A DNA stretch of 64,000 nt from Dudresnaya verticillata (taxonomy: Eukaryota), in NCBI GenBank assembly GCA_977862235.1, contig OZ374565.1, positions 1,364,001-1,428,000 on the forward strand, given 5' to 3'. The first letter of the stretch is position 1. Each line of letters starts with the position of its first letter. The position numbers were made by a program, and so were the translations under genes. Shown in pieces: positions 1 to 10,241 of this stretch. The notes below the pieces were generated by a model. It did not search any database and was not told the DNA's origin. It saw only the letters and a list, made by a program, of their open reading frames with translations.

Positions 1-7
1 TAATCAA

Positions 8-607
8 GTGCTAGCCGTCGAGGGAGGCCACGGTGCCGCTACGGGAACGAGCACGGGGGTTACCTTTTCTACCCCGTACTCCTCGCCCCCGCAAAGCGTC
101 CACCCTACTCCGCCCAGGATGTCGCCCGCGCAAGGTTCCCCCTATGGTCGATCTCGCCCGGCGCCTGGCCCTCAACAGCAGCCGAGTCACCGTTACGGAA
201 ATAATTCCCACGATGGGCGAGGACAGCAGCAACCAGCACCTCCGCTACGGGATGAGTCGGATCCTCGGGTCCGACGCCTTTACGGAAGTGGCAACTGTCG
301 CATCTGCCTTTCGCCAGAGCACGTTGTTTGCCCATGGATACAGGACTCCGATCGGGTTAGGCTTATGGAAGAGCGCGAGCGCAACTTCCAGAAGCATTAC
401 CGTGTAGGCCGCAGGTTCGCAGTAGGCACCAGTTCGAATCCACAAGGGAATCGGGGCAAGCCGCATACGCCCCCTCCGCAACGGAATGCCCCGATACTAT
501 CGGTGGAGGACCATGACGGAGTGGAACTTGCAGAATTGCGCGAGCCCATGGAGGCGGATCCGACTGGTGCAACCTTGAATTCGGAAAACTCAAGGGGGGA
601 TGCGTAA
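8..607 (+). CDS. gag: Gag C-terminal part (Pro/Gln-rich, zinc-knuckle-like motif)
   Basis: CRICLSPEHVVCP resembles the Cx2Cx4Hx4C knuckles in the gags at 25949-27547 (CWFCREVGHIMYSCP) and 47130-47714 (CHQCYERGHIAPEC). It lies directly upstream of pol. Confidence 0.8.
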   Translation: MLAVEGGHGAATGTSTGVTFSTPYSSPPQSVHPTPPRMSPAQGSPYGRSRPAPGPQQQPSHRYGNNSHDGRGQQQPAPPLRDESDPRVRRLYGSGNCRICLSPEHVVCPWIQDSDRVRLMEERERNFQKHYRVGRRFAVGTSSNPQGNRGKPHTPPPQRNAPILSVEDHDGVELAELREPMEADPTGATLNSENSRGDA

Positions 608-640
608 GGGCGCCGCCATCCCCGCCTCACGGCGTTCCAC
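583..640 (+). promoter_or_regulatory. Putative -1 ribosomal frameshift signal (G GAA AAC plus downstream stem/pseudoknot)
   Basis: The pol frame is -1 relative to gag and open across the overlap. GGGGATG pairs with CATCCCC, and loop GGGCGCCG can pair with downstream CGGCGTTC using GU pairs. Confidence 0.6.
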
Positions 641-651
641 CTCTCGCGAGT

Positions 652-3600
652 GTGGACCCGCCAGGGGATCGGCGAAATACCGTTACGGAACTCCCATTGG
701 CTTATCAGACCAATGATACTATCTTCTTTATGCAACATCAAAATTACAAGATGCAAATTACCGTGGGACGGACAGATAGCGTGATGCTTCCTTTAATCTC
801 CGTCTTGGACTCTGGCGCTGGGCCCAATCTCATTAGTGCCAGGCGCCTTCCGCGCCAATGGCTCCCACTCATACGCCCAGCAGTCAGTCCGCCATTACGG
901 GATGCGTCTAATCGCGCTATACGCCCTCTTGGTCAGATCCAACTTTTCGTCCGTATCGGAGAGCTCCGTGCTCGCGTCCATTTTCTAGTGGTCGCGAACT
1001 TGGCGGCTCCCTGTATTTTGGGAACTACCTTCATCGACCGATACTTGAAGGCAATCCTCCCTCCGTTACGGAAAGTTGTTTTTCATCATTACCCACCGGT
1101 ATCCCTTGTTGGCCAAGCCAAAATTCCGGAGACGGGAACCACTGCAACCCTACAGCCCTCACCACTTTCTACCGCTACGGTTTCTCAGAAAACTCGTTTA
1201 GCCAAATCTACCCTTATTCCCCCTATGACTCAAACCACCGTAACGGTTAATACCCCCACGGGTGGGTTATGCTTTCTACAAAATCATCCTAAGCCGGCTT
1301 TTAAGCACCTTACGTTAATGGCTAATGGTATTATGGATGTTGTACCTAACAAACCGTTTCGGATCTGGGTCTCTAATTTTTCTAACAAGCCGGTACGGTT
1401 GCCCAAATCTACTGTCGTGGGCCTCGCTACTGCTGCCCCTTCTGCTATTTTTACCGTTGACGGTATACCTCCATTTAAGGAGGGGGGAGGAATTATTCAA
1501 TCATTTAATTCTAACCCTCCCTCCGAAAAGGCCAGCAGCATCTCCCCTCACGACAAGGAAGTAAGCAAACCCGTAACGGAAAATACAAATACTACCGACT
1601 GGAAGGATCAAGTCCAGATCGGCACAGAAGAAGCATCGCTCCGCAAACGGATTTTAACCCTACTCGAGGAATATAAGTCGATGTGGAGTGGCGATCTTGC
1701 CAACATTACAGCTGCCAAGCACCGCATCGAGTTAACTCCCGGAGCGAAGCCAGTATATCAAGCCCCATACCGTGCCGGACATAAGCAGCGAGATCTCGAA
1801 AAGACAGAGATCGATCGCATGCTTTCCGCTAAGGTAATTGAACCAGCCTCATCAGAGTGGGCCAGCCCCGTGGTTTTCGTTCCAAAAAAGGACGGCACCA
1901 TGCGGTTCTGTGTTGACTATAGAAGGCTCAATTCCGTAACGGTTAGGGACTCATATCCCTTGCCCAGGATGGATGAGTGCATAGATTCCCTTGGGGAAGC
2001 TACTGTATTTACCACCCTGGATTGCAATAGCGGATATTGGCAAGTCGAGATTCCGGAAGAGGAAAGGGACAAAACTACCTTCACTAGCCATTTTGGCTTA
2101 TACCGTTTTCGGAGAATGCCATTGGGATTGAAAAATGCACCGGCAACCTTCCAACGGGCAGTGGATATAATCCTGTCTACGGTTGAATGGCAATTTGCCC
2201 TCGTCTACCTAGACGATGCAATTGTCTACTCAAGAACCGTTACGGAACATTTCCACCACTTGAAGGAAGTCCTTACGCTTTTACGATCCGCTGGGGTAAC
2301 GTTGAAATTGTCAAAGCGTGACTTCTTCAACGCGTCTGTACAATACCTGGGGCATGTTATCCGTCCCGGAAAATTAGAAGTGGATAATCGGAATATCCAA
2401 TCCGTTAAGGTCGCGAAGCCGCCGACTAACCAAACGGAATTGCGATCCTTCTTGGGAATGTGCAACGTGTATCGTCGCTTTGTACCCAACTTCGCTCGGA
2501 TTTCAGCACCACTAAATAAGAAAACCGGCAAGGGCTCACCCTTTGAGTTTGGAATATTATCCGACACGGAATATGAAGCCTTCGAGGAACTGAAGAGACG
2601 CCTTATCTCTCCACCTATATTGGCTCTACCCCGTCACGGATATAAATATACGTTGGACACTGACGCATGTGACCACCAAGTCGGCTGTGTCCTTCTGCAG
2701 GAACAACCGAATGGCGATAACCTCCCTATTGGATATTGGAGCCGAAGCCTCACCGATGCGGAGAAAAATTATACGACAACCGAAAAGGAATGCTTAGCCG
2801 TGGTCTGGAGCATGTTAACACTCCGACCCTACCTTTACGGTGACAAGTTTATTCTCCGAACGGATCACGATGCCCTGCTGTGGATGCTGAACCTCGCAGA
2901 CTCATCTGGCCGCCTAGCCAGGTGGAGGCTTCGCCTATCGGAATTTGAATTTGAGGTGCAATACCGTCCTGGAATTAAGCATCAACTCGCCGATGGGATG
3001 TCGCGACTCCGAACGGATGGCGGTGACGATAGACCTTTGGATGAAGAGATACCCTGCTTTATCGCCGAAAATACCGTCGACGGATTATACGAGTATGGAG
3101 TCTATTTAACCGATTGGGCCACATCCCAAGAAACCGCTACGGAAAATAACGTAATATGCGCCGTGGATCCCGCCAGTGGGAGTGCATCCGCCTCCCCTGA
3201 CAAGCCCGACGCAATACCGTCACGGTTTACTGTAATCCAAGAATCCGACGTTAAGGATGAGACAATTACCAGGGAGGAGTTCCTTGAAGCGCAAGCCAGA
3301 GACCCTTCCTGCCGTCTCAAAGCCAATGCAGTAGGCTCCCCTGGATCCCAGTTTGACTATGACCGTAACGGATTCTTGGTACGCAAGTCCCAATTGGATG
3401 GTGCTCTGCAGAAGGTGGTGCCAAGCGAACTCCGTGGACGGGTAATGTATTTATCCCACTACACCCTGATGTCAGGTCACCCAGGCGGAATTAATATGTA
3501 TTATACACTCCGACAGGATTATTATTGGCCTCATATGGCCAACGATGTATTTGAATCCGTTCGGACATGTCGCTCCTGCGTGAAGACAAAGGGAACCCGC

Positions 3601-4908
3601 TTTCGGAATCAAAGGTTTATGAAACTTTTCCCCGCTAGCGGACCCTCGGAGTTTGTCGCTATCGACATTCTCGGGCCACTTCCGAAGACAAAACGGGGTT
3701 ATGTCTACGCCGATCGGTTCTCTAAGCTGACGCGCTATATCCTGTTACGGACAACAACAGCGGTTGTGGTGGCTAACGCCTTTCTGGACTTTTGGGTGTA
3801 CGCCTACGGCGCACCCCAATTTGTCCTAACCGATAACGGACCGCAGTTTACTGCTAAGTTCTTCGACGCGGTGTGTTCCTTACTCGGAGCCAGGCACCTG
3901 CTCACCGCTGCCTACCATCCGCAGACAAATGGGCAAGCTGAGCGATTTAATAAGACAATCGCCCAACGTTTGCGCCATTACGTCGAGGATCATGACTCCG
4001 ATTGGGATTTGTACCTGCAACCGTTGACATATGCGTACAACATGCAGGTACACCGTATCACGGAAACAACGCCATTTGATTTGGTGCTGACACGCCACCC
4101 ATCGGATATTGCTGTACGAGGGGCTCCTGTCGAGCATCAAGAAACCGTTACGGAAGGGCGTATGACCCCGGTGCTACAGAAGCGGAGCACCATGCGCCGT
4201 TTACGGTACGCGCTCCAGACAGCGCGCACGAAGCAGACAGTGGCTCAGCAAAAAGCCAAGGCACTGTTTGACCATAAGGTGCGCTTTAGGCCCATAATCC
4301 GAAGCGGAGATCAAGTCTATGTCGACCGGCCGCCTCATAACTTGCGGCCGGCCGAACGCCGTGCGCGGGACCGATTGGAAGGCAAACCGGACGATGTGGG
4401 CGAGGTGGCTCAGGAAATGAAGAAACTCCTTCCGAGAGCCACGGGGCCTTATGAAGTGGAATCCGCAACGGAACATGTCGTTACAATCCGCAAGGAAGGG
4501 GTATTGATCCCCGTAAGCATCGATCGCATCACGAAGGTTCCGATCGGAGTTGCGGTTCAGCCGGCACCCTTAACAGTGCCGCCTGTCACGCCATCAACCG
4601 TCTACGGAGAAGTAGTGCCACATCCGGAAGGTACTACAGTAGTACCTCCTTCTGAAGGTACTACTCCCTCCGCGACGGAACCACTGCAAGCCGATACGGA
4701 ATATGTGATCGACAAGATTGTCGGTCACCGCGACGAACCTACTTGGATGACGTACAAAGTCCGCTGGTATGGTTACCCTCCGGATCAGGATACCTACGAA
4801 CCCGCCGAGGAATTGCCGCAGAACTTCATCTACCGCTACTGGAAACAAAAACGAAACAGCTCCGCTAAGGGAAAGCCACTGCGACGCCCAGCCAAGGCAC
4901 GCCGCTAA
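652..4908 (+). CDS. pol: Pol polyprotein: aspartic protease, RT, RNase H, integrase, chromodomain
   Basis: VLDSGAGPNLI (protease); RFCVDYRRLN, MPLGLKNAP, YLDD (RT); LDTDAC...EKECLAV (RNase H); HPG..YYWP..CRSC, TDNGPQF, YHPQTNGQAERFN, GPY (integrase); YVIDKIVGHR..YKVRWYGY..DTYEP (chromodomain). About 4 aa appear missing before DRFSK relative to the other integrases here. Confidence 0.96.
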   Translation: MDPPGDRRNTVTELPLAYQTNDTIFFMQHQNYKMQITVGRTDSVMLPLISVLDSGAGPNLISARRLPRQWLPLIRPAVSPPLRDASNRAIRPLGQIQLFVRIGELRARVHFLVVANLAAPCILGTTFIDRYLKAILPPLRKVVFHHYPPVSLVGQAKIPETGTTATLQPSPLSTATVSQKTRLAKSTLIPPMTQTTVTVNTPTGGLCFLQNHPKPAFKHLTLMANGIMDVVPNKPFRIWVSNFSNKPVRLPKSTVVGLATAAPSAIFTVDGIPPFKEGGGIIQSFNSNPPSEKASSISPHDKEVSKPVTENTNTTDWKDQVQIGTEEASLRKRILTLLEEYKSMWSGDLANITAAKHRIELTPGAKPVYQAPYRAGHKQRDLEKTEIDRMLSAKVIEPASSEWASPVVFVPKKDGTMRFCVDYRRLNSVTVRDSYPLPRMDECIDSLGEATVFTTLDCNSGYWQVEIPEEERDKTTFTSHFGLYRFRRMPLGLKNAPATFQRAVDIILSTVEWQFALVYLDDAIVYSRTVTEHFHHLKEVLTLLRSAGVTLKLSKRDFFNASVQYLGHVIRPGKLEVDNRNIQSVKVAKPPTNQTELRSFLGMCNVYRRFVPNFARISAPLNKKTGKGSPFEFGILSDTEYEAFEELKRRLISPPILALPRHGYKYTLDTDACDHQVGCVLLQEQPNGDNLPIGYWSRSLTDAEKNYTTTEKECLAVVWSMLTLRPYLYGDKFILRTDHDALLWMLNLADSSGRLARWRLRLSEFEFEVQYRPGIKHQLADGMSRLRTDGGDDRPLDEEIPCFIAENTVDGLYEYGVYLTDWATSQETATENNVICAVDPASGSASASPDKPDAIPSRFTVIQESDVKDETITREEFLEAQARDPSCRLKANAVGSPGSQFDYDRNGFLVRKSQLDGALQKVVPSELRGRVMYLSHYTLMSGHPGGINMYYTLRQDYYWPHMANDVFESVRTCRSCVKTKGTRFRNQRFMKLFPASGPSEFVAIDILGPLPKTKRGYVYADRFSKLTRYILLRTTTAVVVANAFLDFWVYAYGAPQFVLTDNGPQFTAKFFDAVCSLLGARHLLTAAYHPQTNGQAERFNKTIAQRLRHYVEDHDSDWDLYLQPLTYAYNMQVHRITETTPFDLVLTRHPSDIAVRGAPVEHQETVTEGRMTPVLQKRSTMRRLRYALQTARTKQTVAQQKAKALFDHKVRFRPIIRSGDQVYVDRPPHNLRPAERRARDRLEGKPDDVGEVAQEMKKLLPRATGPYEVESATEHVVTIRKEGVLIPVSIDRITKVPIGVAVQPAPLTVPPVTPSTVYGEVVPHPEGTTVVPPSEGTTPSATEPLQADTEYVIDKIVGHRDEPTWMTYKVRWYGYPPDQDTYEPAEELPQNFIYRYWKQKRNSSAKGKPLRRPAKARR

Positions 4909-6178
4909 TCGTAACGGAAAACAAGCTACTGTCGCTTGCGGTAATCGCAACTCCCCGCGATGTGGCGACCCGGTTACGGGAACTGCTTCTTGTCGACGCC
5001 TGCTACCGTTACGGGATGTCGTTGCTGCTCAAACTGGGGCATACCGCTCCGTCACGGATTTTGCCAGCGTGGGTCGCGTACCCTGCTGATGACGCGACCC
5101 ATTTCCCGAAACTGTACTCTCGTTTTTCCACAATATCGCAGCCGGCGTACTTTGCCCAGGTTCCACCGCTTACGGGGCACTCTTCCGTCACGGAAATCGC
5201 TCTGAACACCCCGTCAGCCACCGTAACGGTGTTCGTCGTCGACCTTTCCGGGAGGGGCACGCCTTTTTCTTGCGATGGGCGGCCGCCCCAGCACGTTTGG
5301 GCCAAGAACGGCCCCTTCCGCGACGGTACAGGAAAAATCCTCGGTCTCATTATTCTTCTCAGAGTCCCGGGGAATATATTAATATTGATGTTAATATTAA
5401 TATTTTCAATATATTATTATATATTAATATTATATTAACACCGTCGCGGGTTGGGTTCATCTCAAGAGGAAGAGGTTCGTGGTGTGTCTCATAAGGGCAG
5501 GAGTGAAGGTATTCGCAAGTAACCGCTACGGATTCCTGAAACACGCCGCCTGCGACGGTTTGTGGCGTATCTAGCCCCCAACTTCTCGCCACCCGAGTCG
5601 GAACAACTTCCGTCAGGAGGTAGCGGGTGTGAAGTACCGTCATCCGATCGGAGTACGAATTGTGCATTGCGGATATGGGAGCGTAATCGACTGCGCGTTC
5701 GAGCAGACCGTTGGGGAAACTTATTCCGCTACGGTGAGATCAACACTCTCCAAGAGTGTTTGCTCCTTTATGTGTGGTAGGACCCCCATGTCGGATTTTT
5801 GCAAATACGGCTATCTGTGAGGTGTCTGGATTGCACTCCCGTTACGGTGAAAGAGGGGTAAGATCTGGCGTCTGCTCCGCTGACACACTGGAGGAACCCG
5901 TTGCGGATGTTTTATGAGGCCGAAGACTGGCGACCAGCCTGGGCAAGTAATCCTTGCGGATGGCGCGCGACACTCGCGTCAAGCGCGATTTGGTTATTAT
6001 CCGTGACGGAAGTCCTGGTCTTGGAGGTGCGTGGGGTTTCCCCACGCATCGAAGCAAACCTTGGCGGCAGTAGAGCAGTTGACGAAGGACCTGGAAAAGC
6101 TGCTCTAATCCGTTGACCGTGCATCGGACCCAAGTCGCAACTCCATCAAGGTGGGCGCACGAGGACGTGGCGCCATTT

Positions 6179-6191
6179 AAGGAGGGGGGTC
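6179..6191 (+). other. Polypurine tract of element A
   Basis: AAGGAGGGGGGTC directly before TGTGGTG, the same pattern as the PPT at 56360-56371. Confidence 0.75.
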
Positions 6192-6847
6192 TGTGGTGAA
6201 GTGAAATTCGGCATCCGAAACGGTGGAAATGCATATAGTGTGGCCTGAACCATTGTGGGATTTGTGCACGTGTATCCGTGTCGGCTTTGGGTGCATTGTT
6301 GTGTGATGGCGTACATTGTTGTGCAGCAGTGGAGCGCACCAACCGCAGCGGAGTATTTGTAGTGTTTATTCTTTATTCTTAGTGAGTATCTGTACAGTAT
6401 GTAGAGTAGTGTGCCAGCCAATGAGAATGCTGTGCATGTCCGTGTCGGAGATTGGGACCAGCAGGGCCGATTCCACCATGGGTCCAGACCACTAGGGTCT
6501 GGCCCCCACGGACCGGACCGCTCGGTGCCACCCTGACTTGTATATCAGGGCGGCACCGCAGCGGCTCCTAAGGTAAACGGGTAAGCAACCTTAGCCCAAT
6601 CCTTTACAGTTTTCCCCGCGCCGAGCCCGTTGCGGTCTACCACCACCACCGTTACGGAGTCCGTCCCGGCACTTGTACCACCCCCTTGTCTGTTGCTTCC
6701 CAATATACGTCTCGGTTAGCCGCTCGCTGTTCTCCCGCCTCGGTGCGAACTGCTCTACCACCCCGTGGAGGTAGTGTTGCTCTCGTCCGTTAAGGAAAGT
6801 CAGGCCAGCTGTCCGTCTCGGAGTTCGTGGGTTTTCACTACACCACA
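6192..6847 (+). repeat. 3' LTR of element A (~656 bp)
   Basis: Begins TGTGGTG and ends CACCACA (7-bp inverted termini). The element-specific CCG-N3-CGG words stop at ~6821. The partner LTR is outside the window. Confidence 0.7.
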
Positions 6848-6852
6848 ACCCC

Positions 6853-7010
6853 AAAAAAAGGAAGAGAAAAAGAAAAAGGAAACAGACCTATAAAAACACA
6901 TACACACGTGCAAAAAACAGTAACAAAAAGGGGCTAAGAAAAAGATGTAAAGAAAAGGGGAATTACAAGAAAAACAGAAAAAGAAAAAGGAATCCAGTAG
7001 CAAATTAAAA
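6853..7010. repeat. A-rich low-complexity tract
   Basis: Runs such as AAAAAAAGGAAGAGAAAAAGAAAAAGG. Confidence 0.75.
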
Positions 7011-7353
7011 TAGGATACCATGGTTACTTTGGCAGCTGTAAGGGGGACACTAAACGCTTACATTCCCAGCACCCCGTTACAACAGGATATCAAGACAGTG
7101 TGGCCACAGGCAGCAATATCTGTACACGTATTAGCGGACCCTCAGGCACCCGATGCGAGTATAATCGCGATTACACGGCCGAGCCGTACCGCCGTCAGAA
7201 GTACTATCAAGGGCAAATTTTGTTACATTTCTACTGTCTCTAGGAGCGAACGGTCCTGTTGACCATCGCTTGTAGAGGTGTCAAATCACGCCCCAACTGG
7301 GCCTAACAATCAGTGCTGTAACACAGTACGTACTGCACAACTGCATTGTCACT

Positions 7354-7419
7354 GTAAGAAAAAGGGACAATTGATAATTTAAATTATCAGCAAGTCTAAC
7401 CTTTCGTAATTTCCTGCAG
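7354..7419 (+). other. Candidate short spliceosomal intron (66 nt) preceding an Arg/Ser-rich open frame
   Basis: GTAAGA donor, CTAAC branch-like site and TTTCCTGCAG acceptor, AT-rich relative to the flanks. The downstream frame reads ARLKRAANDPEVIRERLRRERE. Confidence 0.4.
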
Positions 7420-9312
7420 TGGCACGTCTCAAGCGCGCCGCCAACGATCCGGAGGTCATTCGCGAGCGCTTACGGCGCGAACGGGAGGCCCGCCGCCGCC
7501 GCCGCTCGGGCGAAGCGTCCACTGCGGCCGCCTCCGATTCATCAAGCGAATCCGCCGCCGCGCACCCCCTCATCGAATCAGAAGCGAAAGGGTCAGATAT
7601 TTCTGACAGTCCAGCAGTGTGTCCCTCTCGCCGATTTCGCCGCCCCGCCCAAGCCGCCACCTGCCACGCTCTCAACCCCCATTGGGCCACTTCGCCGCTG
7701 ACAGTATTAGGCGCACCGCCTAATTGTAGTATCTCTAGAGCACCACCGCGTACGGCAGCCAAACGAGACCCCAAGAAGACGACAAAGACCTGTTGGATTT
7801 CACCAAAAACTGGCCAGAACGTAGAACGGACCTGCGCGTCGGTAGCAAGCGTGGTAGAGCGGGAGCGCGCAGACGAAGTCGTGGCCAGAATCTGTGATGA
7901 GGACAGAAAATGGCCAAGTCGGGGGTTCAGTTGCTAACTTTACTCCCAACCTCTGGCGGGACGGCTTCGTACCTTTTTTCGGCTAAACCGTAGCATGTGG
8001 CCAGCTAGGTAGTCTCAAAATCGGCCATCTGAGCTAATCTAGAGCTATTCTACAGTTAGTGGCCGAGGTTACTCCGGTCGGCCATAATATCTACTTGTGT
8101 TCCGGCGTCGGGCCAATGTAAGGCCCTTGCGAGACTAAACCAAGTACTTGTGCGTTAACGGTTGGCTCTGCGAGTTAGATTTTCCCTTGATTTTTCCACT
8201 GTCTTCCCTTTGATTCACCGTGCGGCCAAATCCAATTCCAATTTGTGTCTGGCCGCAAAATCGGACCATGCGTGTACAGCGGGCCACGTGGTGCGCTTCG
8301 GTGTCGTAGGTGGCCACGTGTGATCCACGTGTACAATCGGTGGCCACGTTTCATACTTGCGCGCGCTCACCGCCGTCCGCGCGGCGACGTCACGACTTCA
8401 TTGGCCAAGTGTCCTCGTTTGGTTGGGCCGATCGTACAGTTGGCCCGTCGAGTTGCTTCCTTTCGGTGGCCCCCTTGCCGTTGCACCACAGAGCCCCCTT
8501 CGCAAACGCGGACTCCTGGCCGCGAGGGTTTCATCTGGCCATATCTATGGCCAGATGAAACCCGCGTTATCCACGCCGCTACCCCTCTCCCTGCACCCGG
8601 CCACGGACGGCCGAGGGTAACGCCGTTGGCAGTTGGCTTTCGCGGTTTGACCGGTCGGGCGTCCCTTGCGCCCTTTGACTTGGCGACTTCGGCCTAGCCG
8701 GTGAACAACCGGCACTGCCGTGGGGAGTGGGGCAACATGCCCCGTGTGTCAATGGTTCGTCAACGACGTTGCGCTCCGCGGAGTGCCCTTGGTCGTCGTT
8801 GACGCGGTTGGTTGGTTGATCCGGAAGCTCCGGTTGTCCCTCGACGATGTCGGCTTGTGTTCCGTCTACGACGTCCTGTTGCTCGGCTTGTACTGTATCA
8901 GCCGAGTCAACATAGGAGCGGTAGGTGCGGAGGGCCGATCCCTCGGGGACTGAGGTGCGGACGACGACGGGGTTGTGGCGCGTCGGCGGGGGAGGTAACT
9001 CTCCTCCGTTGAGCGACGCGTGGGAGCCTGCGTGGCCGTGGCCCGGGGGTAGCGTCGGGAACGCCGACGCTATCTGGGGCTCACGAGGCGCCCAGACCTC
9101 GTTCTCATCCGCTGTAGCGACCGTTCTGACGCGGGTACACTCCCAGGCGTCGGAGACGGTCTTCTTGAACTTGGGCCTCGCGACGGCGGCGGTAGTGAGG
9201 CCATGATATAATCGTAGAGTTGCTTGAACGTCGTGGACGATTAGCGACAAACGTCTGAAGACGGAGGGTCGGACGTCGCACGACGGAGTAACTCGTTGAA
9301 ACGTAGCACAAT

Positions 9313-9330
9313 TTCTAGGTCGGGAGACCA
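9313..9330 (-). promoter_or_regulatory. Primer-binding site, complementary to a tRNA-Tyr-type 3' end
   Basis: Minus strand TGGTCTCCCGACCTAGAA, 2 nt from the LTR. Confidence 0.85.
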
Positions 9331-9332
9331 GA

Positions 9333-10241
9333 TGTGGTGCAAACGTCTGAGACGATAGACCGCCGAGCAGTTCGGGGCTCGGTGGGTAGCTGCGCCCTCG
9401 GCGATGGGTGGTCCCGCCGTGGGCGACTTGTTGGTAGAGCAAAGGAACACGCCTTGGGCGGACTGTAAACGCCCGAGGCGGAAAGTGTGAAGGAAGGGAA
9501 AAGGAAACAGAAAGGGAACACGTCAAGGACGATGGTAGACGTGGAAGCACGGGAGGTAGACGCTTAGCCGTAGCCAGCGGTAGGGTACGCGCGTGCGGAA
9601 CGGGGAAGTCTGGACCAAGGCCGGCTTGCCCGGGCGTTTACTGTTACGTCTGGGACGGCTTACCTAAGTATAGTACGGCGATGCGGCGGCGGCGGTGCGT
9701 ATGCGTAGCGCGGGAACTCGGGACACGTGTCGTCCCGAGGTGCGCCTGACAGATCACCCATCGCATGCAGCCGCGCGCTTGACAGATTGCTGTACAACCC
9801 CCTGTGTGGGTGCTTACACGCACACGTGGACGCGTGTGCCTTACAGCCGTGCGCGCGCGCATACTGTAGAGCGTGCGCCTTGGATCTAATCCGATACTTG
9901 TCCGATCCCGATCCTATCCGGATCTGGCCAGCAATGCGAATACCCGCAGCCTTACAGGCGCAGATATTACAGCTTAGGCGATCCGGATAGCCAATCTGGA
10001 TACCGGATCCGGATCCCATCTGGATCCGTATTACAGTGTCCCGGGGCGCCACGTCGGCCCATCACCGTACAGTGCCCGCGTGGCGCGCGGCGCGCAGTGT
10101 GCGCGCGCGCCCCAGTGAGCCGTCGATGACGTGTTCGCGCGCCAACGGCGGTGGTGAGCGCCGGTGGCGGTTTCTCCGTCGGTCGACGTATTTGGTCTGC
10201 CCGCTTTCAGCGAAAAAGGGCTCACCTCCCCTTGCACCACA
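9333..10241 (-). repeat. LTR (909 bp)
   Basis: TGTGGTGCAA...TTGCACCACA, perfect 10-bp inverted termini, adjacent to the PBS. Confidence 0.88.

Larger units (their letters stand above)
1..6847 (+). mobile_element. Ty3/Gypsy chromodomain LTR retrotransposon (element A), 5' part outside the window
   Basis: gag 3' end, then an open pol in PR-RT-RH-IN-chromo order, then a PPT and a TG...CA-bounded 3' LTR. Confidence 0.93.
8565..10241 (-). mobile_element. Truncated LTR retrotransposon (5' LTR + PBS + leader), related to element D at 44164
   Basis: LTR and leader are homologous to 44164-45760, e.g. peptide PVVVRTSVPEGSALRTYRSYVDSADTVQAE vs PIVVRTSVPEGSALCTYHTYIDSADTVQAE. The left end is approximate. 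Confidence 0.85.

Noticed and set aside
36..6821. CCG-Nx-CGG as Zn2Cys6 (Gal4-family) sites
   Set aside because: It resembles fungal everted CGG repeats, but no such protein is encoded here and other families use unrelated words.
7011..7323. Possible LTR end (...GCTGTAACA)
   Set aside because: No partner LTR, PBS or TSD to confirm it.
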